Shown here one piece after another: positions 57,543 through 64,000 of a stretch of DNA of 64,000 nucleotides. Source of the DNA: Rubripirellula sp. (lineage in GTDB: Bacteria; Planctomycetota; Planctomycetia; Pirellulales; Pirellulaceae); contig OZ244207.1 of NCBI GenBank assembly GCA_965216875.1, positions 2,752,001-2,816,000 on the forward strand, read 5' to 3'. Position 1 is the first letter of the stretch. Each line of letters begins with the position of its first letter. The notes under the pieces are model-generated. The model ran no database searches and had not been told where the DNA came from. It saw only the letters and a list, made by a program, of their open reading frames with translations. The translations under genes and the position numbers were made by a program.

Positions 57543-59432
57543 ATGTTTTTAAACGATTTGCCAGGTCGAACTTTGACTGCGACCGTCCTTCTTGCAGCCG
57601 TCATGATCGCACCACAGACTGCGATTGCGGACGATGAAGTCAAAATTCCGGGTGCGCCCCACCTTCTTCCTGACGACACACTGGCCTACATCCGGGTCGA
57701 CAATGCAGACGAGTTGCGTGAACAGATGGACGCCTCATCGATCGGCAAAATGCTGTCCGATCCTAAGATGAAACCGTTCGCGAGCGATATCTATCAAACG
57801 ATGGATGAGCTTTTCGGAATGATCAGTTCTCAGCTGGGCGTTTCCCTCGACGAACTCCTTTCAATCCCCAGCGGCCAAGTCTGTGCTGCTGCGATGCCCG
57901 GCATCCTGCCCGAGCCGGACGACACTCGGACCGAGAATGCCGACGAAGATGACGAGTCACCCGATGCCATTCGACGACGCATCGCGCGAAAGCGTCGCCA
58001 ACAAAATGCGATCGCCGGCATGTTCATGATCGACGCCGGAAAGAACGTCGACAAACTGCTGACCCTGATTGAACGGTTGGAAGAACAGCTTCTCGAAAAC
58101 GGGTACGTTCGCCGAACGGAAAAGGTCAAAAAGACGCAGCTCGTTCGACTGCTGCCACCGCGGCAAGGTCGGCCGGAGATCGAGTACTTTGAACGCGACG
58201 ACGTCGTTGTGTTTGGCATCGGGCACCAAACGGCCGGTCGCGCTCTCGACCACTGGCTCGATCAAAGCGACGAACCCACGCTTGCCGACAATGCCGACTT
58301 CGCTTCGGTCATGTCACGCTGCGTTGGCGCCGAAGACACTCGTCCTCAATCGACCTTTTTCCTCGATCCCTATCACCTTGTGGAACGGATCGTCAAACGA
58401 GGCGGTGCCGCAGGTTTTGTATGGCCCATCATCGAAGAACTTGGCATCGCAAAGATTCGCGGAATTGGCGGGAGCGCGTTCTCTGGCGGCGATGAGTTTG
58501 AAGACATCACTCACTTGCACGTCTTGATCGATCCACCGCGCGATGGCTTCTTCGGAGTCTTACGGCCTGAATCGGGTGAGACCCAGCCGCCCAACTTCAT
58601 CCCGCATGATGTGACGACCTACACCTCGATCCATTGGAATTACGAAGCGACCTACGACAACTTCGACAAGATCCTCGCCAAATTCCAAGGCGAAGATCCG
58701 ATGAAGCGTTTTGTTGAAGATCCAATGAAAAAGGAAATGGATATCGACCTTCGTAAAGAAATCATCGAAAACCTGACGGGCCGCTACGTTTCTTGCAACT
58801 GGATGCAACGTCCCATCAAGATCAACAGCCAATCGCAAGCACATGCGCTGGAGCTCTCGGATCCGGTCAAAGCGAAAAACGTGATCGCCAAAATGCGTGC
58901 GAAGGATCCCGATGAATTCGAGGCTGCCACCATCGGTGGCCGCGTCGTCTACCTGAACCGTCGGAATCAGCAGCGACGGGACAACTTTCCGAAAGGCCTT
59001 CGCCGCCCCGAACCCTGCTTTATGATCCTCGGCGACTACTTCATCTTCGCTGACAGTCGTGAGCTGATGGAACGGATCGTGCAAGCTAATTCGGGGGCAA
59101 TCAAGCAGCTTAAGAACGTTCCCGAGTACGAATTGATGATGGCTGAACTGGGCGGAAAACTTGACGGTGAAAAGCCGTTCCTGGTTTCGTTCGCTCGGGT
59201 CGCCGACTATTTCCAACAGATGTACGAACTGGCGAAGTCGGACGACACGAGCCGGTTCCTGCGTAACGCCGGTGAAGAGAACCCAGTGGCTCAGAAGGTC
59301 TATCAATTGCTCGAACGCAACGAGCTGCCACCCTTCTCGGAGTTCAAGAAGTACTTCGCACCAAGCGGTTCGTTCGCGTATGACGAACCCACCGGAATGC
59401 ATATGGCTTCGTTCACACTCAAAGGCGAGTAG
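57543..59432 (+). CDS. Exported protein of unknown function (DUF3352-like)
   Basis: Signal peptide; 'LLPDDTLAYIRV'; start uncertain. Confidence 0.7.
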   Translation: MFLNDLPGRTLTATVLLAAVMIAPQTAIADDEVKIPGAPHLLPDDTLAYIRVDNADELREQMDASSIGKMLSDPKMKPFASDIYQTMDELFGMISSQLGVSLDELLSIPSGQVCAAAMPGILPEPDDTRTENADEDDESPDAIRRRIARKRRQQNAIAGMFMIDAGKNVDKLLTLIERLEEQLLENGYVRRTEKVKKTQLVRLLPPRQGRPEIEYFERDDVVVFGIGHQTAGRALDHWLDQSDEPTLADNADFASVMSRCVGAEDTRPQSTFFLDPYHLVERIVKRGGAAGFVWPIIEELGIAKIRGIGGSAFSGGDEFEDITHLHVLIDPPRDGFFGVLRPESGETQPPNFIPHDVTTYTSIHWNYEATYDNFDKILAKFQGEDPMKRFVEDPMKKEMDIDLRKEIIENLTGRYVSCNWMQRPIKINSQSQAHALELSDPVKAKNVIAKMRAKDPDEFEAATIGGRVVYLNRRNQQRRDNFPKGLRRPEPCFMILGDYFIFADSRELMERIVQANSGAIKQLKNVPEYELMMAELGGKLDGEKPFLVSFARVADYFQQMYELAKSDDTSRFLRNAGEENPVAQKVYQLLERNELPPFSEFKKYFAPSGSFAYDEPTGMHMASFTLKGE

Positions 59433-59434
59433 GA

Positions 59435-59630
59435 GTAGGCCGGATCAAGGAGCGACAGCAACGTAGATGCGGCAGCTCCATTCCCCTTAGCGACCTTTGC
59501 AATCCCCGTAGCTACCTTCGCCAGAAGGTGGAATGCGTTAGATAGTCGCTCGCCACCACACCACGCTCTGGCGAGCGTAGCTACGGTGTGGTTTGAGCCT
59601 TGGAAGATTGTCATGCAGAGCATGACCTAC
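59435..59630. repeat. Stacked REP array: GTAGGCCGGATC unit (59435-59474), GTAGCTAC inverted pair (59507-59585), GTAGGTCATGC unit (59608-59630, reverse)
   Basis: Each unit recurs elsewhere in the window. Confidence 0.9.
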
Positions 59631-59641
59631 TTTCGCACGCC

Positions 59642-59674
59642 AAAAACACCCACAGTGATCCTGCGGGTGTTTTT
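59642..59674. terminator. Bidirectional intrinsic terminator
   Basis: AAAAACACCC...GGGTGTTTTT between convergent genes. Confidence 0.78.
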
Positions 59675-59726
59675 CTCTTGTTCTGCTTTGAACGCTAAGT
59701 GCGTCTTGGTCAGCCGAGTCGGCTGA

Positions 59727-59945
59727 CTAGAGGATGCCGCCGTGCGTACGAATCGGCGTCATGTGGCTGGGCGAATCGAGGAACCAGAATCGCTCCCATT
59801 CATCCACCAGCGAACGCAAGTCTTCGGAGGTGTAAAGCAATTGCTGTACGCGTCGTTCGGGTCGTGCCGAGTAAATCGGAACGAGGCATCCAGCTGTCGT
59901 GCTCAAGCATGCCGCCAGCAGGGTGAGTTGAAACAAACGTCGCAT
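59727..59945 (-). CDS. Small lipoprotein (72 aa)
   Basis: GGAGG SD, MRRLFQLTLLAACLSTTAGC lipobox, 'SEDLR...EWERFWFLD.PSHMTP.R.HGG'. Confidence 0.8.
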   Translation of the reverse strand: MRRLFQLTLLAACLSTTAGCLVPIYSARPERRVQQLLYTSEDLRSLVDEWERFWFLDSPSHMTPIRTHGGIL

Positions 59946-59991
59946 TGATCGTTCCTCCATGAACGTCACGTGATCGTGATTCACTGTTGTT

Positions 59992-60402
59992 TCAAACGTT
60001 GTCCCAACGGCCACTTGGTGCGTCGGATACTTCGTCTGAAGGTTTTTGCGTTTGGGATTGGATTGGGCGGTCGTCCTGTTGTGGAACCGAACCATCCGAG
60101 TCGCCGCGAAGCGCCTCTTCTTCATCCAGATCCCGCACTCGGGCTTCCATGTCTTTGCCCGGCTTAAAGGTGACGACATGCTTTCGGGGCACATCCACCT
60201 GTTGGCCGGTCCGAGGGTTACGCGCCTTGCGAGCAGCCCGCGGCTTGACCTCGAAAACGCCAAAATTCCTAAGTTCGATGCGGCGTTCCCGCACCAGCGA
60301 CTCAATGATCGCTTCAAAGGTCAATTGGACGATTTTCTTCGTCTGCTGCTGAGTCAGACCTACCTCTTCGGAAATCGTTCTCACGATGTCTTTTTTGGTC
60401 AC
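59992..60402 (-). CDS. HU/IHF-family DNA-binding protein with acidic C-terminal tail
   Basis: '[27 protein letters not shown]....V.FKPGK'. Confidence 0.93.
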   Translation of the reverse strand: MTKKDIVRTISEEVGLTQQQTKKIVQLTFEAIIESLVRERRIELRNFGVFEVKPRAARKARNPRTGQQVDVPRKHVVTFKPGKDMEARVRDLDEEEALRGDSDGSVPQQDDRPIQSQTQKPSDEVSDAPSGRWDNV

Positions 60403-60675
60403 TCTGACTCCCTAACGCACCGATGATTTGGACCGGCGATCGCTGTAAACCCTTTACCAGTTTCAACTTATCACGATGGAAAGTCTAGGCTGGTGTGCTT
60501 GGTTCGTCAAGATCGCTAGCAACCACGGTAGCCAGGTAGCAGCCGATTTGTCACGTCATCCATATCGTCAACACTAACCGTCAATCTTGAAACAAACGGC
60601 ACAACTCGCAAAACAGTGCGAAATAGTCCGCTTGAGAGCTCTCCCATAGCACCAATCCTCCCTGATTTAACAGGT

Positions 60676-60860
60676 TCGAGCCCGTAGCTACGGCGAGTCG
60701 AGCCCGTAGGCCGGATCAAGGAGCGACAGCGACGCAGATCCGGCAGCACCGTACCGCGTAGCTACCTTCCCCAATCTTCGTAGCTACCTTCGCCAGAAGG
60801 TGGATGTCTGGTCTGGCCCCTCTCCACCACCCCACGCTCTGGCGAGCGTAGCTAGCTACG
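60676..60860. repeat. Stacked REP array: TCGAGCCCGTAG duplication, GTAGGCCGGATC unit (60706-60745), truncated GTAGCTAC arm, full GTAGCTAC pair (60779-60860)
   Basis: Same units and order as 59435-59585. Confidence 0.9.
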
Positions 60861-60870
60861 GCAATCCGTC

Positions 60871-61335
60871 TCAAACCGACTTCTCTTTGCGGGCCAATTC
60901 GATTTCTTCGAACGTGTACAACTTGCCCGTTCCAGCTCCGGGGCAGACCTCGCAGGTCTCTTTCCAGTCCTTTTTCTTGGTCACCGTCGAATCCCAGAAG
61001 GGCCAGGTTCGACACTGAATTGGACGCGAATGGTAGACCGTGCACTTACGAGTCTTTGGATCGAGCAGGATGCAGTCGCCGTCTGGATACTCGGTCAAAC
61101 TTCTGGAATTGCCAACTTGCCGGACGAACTTGCGTTCGAACGCTTCCACTTCCAGCCCCATCTCGTCCGCCATCGCATCGATTTCGGACTGCTCGACCCA
61201 GACATAACCGGGTTCGCCACTGCAACAGGCTCCGCACTGCGTGCACTCAAAACGGAGTCCCTCGCGGTACCAAGGTTTGGGCTTCTCGCTCTTGTCCTTC
61301 TTGGACTTCTTTTTATCTTTCCCGCTCATGCTCAA
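60871..61335 (-). CDS. YkgJ-family (CxxCxxCC) Fe-S/Zn cysteine-cluster protein
   Basis: CTQCGACC...DC..L...KC.VY..RP.QCRTWPFW...CPG. Confidence 0.9.
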   Translation of the reverse strand: MSMSGKDKKKSKKDKSEKPKPWYREGLRFECTQCGACCSGEPGYVWVEQSEIDAMADEMGLEVEAFERKFVRQVGNSRSLTEYPDGDCILLDPKTRKCTVYHSRPIQCRTWPFWDSTVTKKKDWKETCEVCPGAGTGKLYTFEEIELARKEKSV

Positions 61336-62489
61336 TCGTCCACAACAAGTTCAGCAACAATACTCCGTAACGCATCGACGACCGCTTCGACCTCATCGTC
61401 GCTTGTGTCGATGCCGCAACTGATCCGCAATGTCCCGTCGGGGTCGCTACCGATACAACGGTGAATCAACGCCGCGCAGTGCAATCCCGCGCGTGTTTCA
61501 ATTCCGAATTCGACGTCAAGGATGGTGGCAAGGTCAATCACCGAAATCCCTTCCACTTTGAGACTTGCGATTGGCAGCGGCCCAGGCTGGCCAAGCAAAG
61601 TGACTCCCGGCAGATCAAGCAAGCCATCGCGCAACCGACTCGAAAGCACCATCAGCCGTTCATACTGCCCTCGATAATCACGCGTCTGACGCAGCGCCGC
61701 AAGTAATCCTGCACAGGCGGGGACGTTGAGATTTCCAGCTTCAAAGGAAGCTGGGTAGTCGTCAGGCATCTCAAGAGATTCCGAACGCGTTCCCGTACCA
61801 CCTTGAATCAAAGGCGTCAGGTCGGATTGGACCGCTTTGCCCGCATAGAGGAAGGCAGTGCCAAGTGGCCCGAGCGCCCCCTTGTGGCCGGGTGCGGCGA
61901 GGAGATCGATACCGCAACGAACATCGATGGGAAGGTATCCGAACGTTTGTGCCGCATCGCAAAGCAGTAGTGCCCGGTGTTCTTTCAGTGCATCGGCAAG
62001 CTGTTCAACGGGTTGAACCGCACCGGTCACGTTACTTGCGTGCGTGACCGCCACGAGTTTCGTCTCGGGCGACACAGCTTGCATCAATTGTCCGACATCC
62101 AGGTAGCCATTGGCGTCGACGTCGACCACATCCAACGAGATCCTCTCGCGCTGCTGAAGCGCAAAAAGTGGACGCAGCACGCTGTTGTGCTCCGCGGCCG
62201 TTGCAACAACGTGGTCCCCCTTTTGCAGCACTCCGTGAATGGCACTGTTGAGTGCAAGCGTTCCGCTGGCGTGAAGCGAGACCGTCCCCGCCTCTTCGGC
62301 GCCAATGTGCGTTGCGATCGCAGCACGCAATTGCGAGATGATCGAATTCGACTCGCCGGCCGAGCGGTAGATGCCTCGACCCGCGGCTGCGCCACAGGAG
62401 CGCGCGAATTGATCCATCGCGTCCAGCACAGCGTCAGGCTTTGGCCAAGACGTGGCTGCATGATCCAGATAGATGCGTTCGGCGGTCAC
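61332..62489 (-). CDS. Cysteine desulfurase-family aminotransferase class V
   Basis: 'YLDHAATSWPKP', 'EHNSVLRP', 'HASNVTG', 'DAAQT', 'PGHKG', 'RAGLHCA'. Confidence 0.9.
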   Translation of the reverse strand: MTAERIYLDHAATSWPKPDAVLDAMDQFARSCGAAAGRGIYRSAGESNSIISQLRAAIATHIGAEEAGTVSLHASGTLALNSAIHGVLQKGDHVVATAAEHNSVLRPLFALQQRERISLDVVDVDANGYLDVGQLMQAVSPETKLVAVTHASNVTGAVQPVEQLADALKEHRALLLCDAAQTFGYLPIDVRCGIDLLAAPGHKGALGPLGTAFLYAGKAVQSDLTPLIQGGTGTRSESLEMPDDYPASFEAGNLNVPACAGLLAALRQTRDYRGQYERLMVLSSRLRDGLLDLPGVTLLGQPGPLPIASLKVEGISVIDLATILDVEFGIETRAGLHCAALIHRCIGSDPDGTLRISCGIDTSDDEVEAVVDALRSIVAELVVDD

Positions 62490-62501
62490 GACAAAACGAT
62501 C

Positions 62502-62963
62502 CTAGCTCGACGGTTCGTTCGTCGGGTGAACCCATTCCGTCGAGCCGTCTTCGAAGTGCTCTTTCTTCCAGATCGGGACATCCTTTTTGAGCGTGTCCAT
62601 GATCCATCGCAAGGCATCAAAGGTTTGCACACGGTGAGCGCTGCAACAACCGATCACGACACTCGCTTCGCCGATCGGTACTTCTCCCAATCGATGCACC
62701 ACTACAATCTGTTTGAGGTCAAATCGATCGAGAGCATCATGTGCCAGCTTTTCGAGCTCTTTCAAAGCCATGGCCTCGTGAGCTTCGTAAAAAAGCGTCT
62801 GCGTAATCTGGTCGCCCGTCGTGCGGCGCGTCACGCCGTGAAACCATCCCTGTGCGCCAACATCGGGATGACCGATCAACGACGCCAGCGCGCCAGCATC
62901 GATGGGCTCGTCGACCAGTTCAACGTGCGCGCGTTGTCCGGCGGCTAACTTCTTGTCGCTCAT
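62502..62963 (-). CDS. moaE: Molybdopterin synthase catalytic subunit
   Basis: 'F.G.TR', 'YEAH..MA', 'HRLG', 'SAHR', 'LK..VPIWKKE'. Confidence 0.94.
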   Translation of the reverse strand: MSDKKLAAGQRAHVELVDEPIDAGALASLIGHPDVGAQGWFHGVTRRTTGDQITQTLFYEAHEAMALKELEKLAHDALDRFDLKQIVVVHRLGEVPIGEASVVIGCCSAHRVQTFDALRWIMDTLKKDVPIWKKEHFEDGSTEWVHPTNEPSS

Positions 62964-63208
62964 CAGCCACCACTCACGGGAGGAATCAGCGCGAGTTCGT
63001 TCGTGTCGCTTACCGGGTCGCTGTTCGCTGCGTAGCTCGAGTCGATTGCGAGTCGGCAGGACGGCAAGAGATCAGCCACCTCGGGAAGGGCAGCCGCGAC
63101 CGCAGCAATCACGTCACTGGCAGCCGCTTTTTCCGGCAACTCGATGTCGATTGATTCACTGTCGGCAGCATCACGGAGCGCAGCAAAAAGGAGCACCGTC
63201 AACTTCAT
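62963..63208 (-). CDS. moaD: Molybdopterin synthase sulfur carrier
   Basis: 'VLLFAALRDA' and C-terminal 'ELALIPPVSGG'; stop overlaps the moaE start. Confidence 0.94.
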   Translation of the reverse strand: MKLTVLLFAALRDAADSESIDIELPEKAAASDVIAAVAAALPEVADLLPSCRLAIDSSYAANSDPVSDTNELALIPPVSGG

Positions 63209-63222
63209 GGTCTGGTTTGGGT

Positions 63223-64000
63223 CTATTCCGAATCGTTGTCGAGAAGTTTTTCAACTTTGGGCATTCGACCGTAAGCATACGCCAGAAGCTTCAAAGGGTG
63301 CAGGGTCTGACGTCCCGAACCGTGCTCGATCTGCATTTTGCAGGCACTGCACTGAGTTGCCGCTCGTCCAACGGGCGCTGAACGCATTGCCGAAATCAGC
63401 GGCCAACCGATTCGCAAGCTGTTTCGGTAGTTCTTTTTCTGAAGCCCCCACGTTCCGGCCATCCCGGTACAACCAGCGTCGATTGGCTGAACTTCAAGAT
63501 CAGGTACCAACCCCATCAATCGGGGGCCAGCCGGCTGATCGTTCTCGAGGACTCTCAAGTGGCACGGTTGGTGATACGCCACCGACACGTCGACCGATTC
63601 AAAATCGAGACTCAACCGACCTTCATCGTGCAGGTGCACAAGAAACTCACATGCCTCGTGCGAGTTTTCCGCCACCAAGTGAGCATCTTCGTCATCGAGC
63701 AGGTTGGGATACTCATGCTTCAGACAGAGCACAGCGGCTGGTTCGGTCGCCAGAATCGTGTAGCCAGACCGCACGGCATCGGCAAGTAAGCGAACATTTC
63801 GACGTGCCACTCGTCGTGCACCGCGAAGGTCCCCAGACGAAATGCGGGCCATCCCACTCATCGTTTGCCCAGCGGGGACGTAGATGCCGATTCCATTCTG
63901 TTGCAACACCTCGGCCAGCGCCCGACCGATGTCAGGATCGTGGTAGTTGGCGTAGTGATCGACAAAGTACGCAATCTTCAGTCCACCATGCGGACTTGGT
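63223..64000 (-). CDS. Fe-S oxidoreductase, C-terminal CCG (GlpC/YdiJ-like) domains; 5' part lies beyond the window
   Basis: Frame is open to the edge (..KIAYFVDHYANYHDP..); 'YHQPCH', 'GCTGMAGTWG', 'CSACKMQI', 'HPL.LL'. Confidence 0.82.
   Translation of the reverse strand, partial: PSPHGGLKIAYFVDHYANYHDPDIGRALAEVLQQNGIGIYVPAGQTMSGMARISSGDLRGARRVARRNVRLLADAVRSGYTILATEPAAVLCLKHEYPNLLDDEDAHLVAENSHEACEFLVHLHDEGRLSLDFESVDVSVAYHQPCHLRVLENDQPAGPRLMGLVPDLEVQPIDAGCTGMAGTWGLQKKNYRNSLRIGWPLISAMRSAPVGRAATQCSACKMQIEHGSGRQTLHPLKLLAYAYGRMPKVEKLLDNDSE

Noticed and set aside
60665..60695. GGTTCGAGCCC resembling a tRNA T-arm
   Set aside because: The T-stem does not pair properly, no D-arm, anticodon arm or acceptor stem is visible, and it is part of a REP array
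1..64000. Prophage, IS element or genomic island
   Set aside because: No integrase, transposase or phage genes, and no extended compositional shift visible by eye

Overview
This is a gene-dense chromosomal segment of a planctomycete, most likely Pirellulaceae (Rhodopirellula/Rubripirellula/Stieleria-like). That call rests on the BBP7-type barrel, the 'GDPLP..ARLG' WD40 protein, the CRTAC1/ASPIC protein, the sulfatase and the repeat families. It holds two flagellar blocks (flgF-flgG-flgA-flgH-flgI' and flgL-fliW-csrA-fliC) and housekeeping genes (PPi-type pfk, lhgO, cysK, alaS, HU/IHF, moaD/moaE). It also has c-di-GMP genes (two HD-GYP, PilZ, GGDEF), an MMPL transporter divergent from a flavin-dependent halogenase-like enzyme, and a very long orphan secretin flanked by lipoproteins. 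Two sulfur-relay modules are present. One is sufU followed by a SufE-SufS fusion with altered active-site-adjacent residues and no sufBCD in the window. The other is a Fe-S oxidoreductase-moaD-moaE-cysteine desulfurase-YkgJ operon. Intergenic regions carry at least eight families of REP-like palindromes, often stacked or nested. I saw no rRNA, tRNA, CRISPR array, transposase, integrase or prophage. All calls come from motif recognition by eye, with no database searches; several start codons are my re-assignments and are uncertain.
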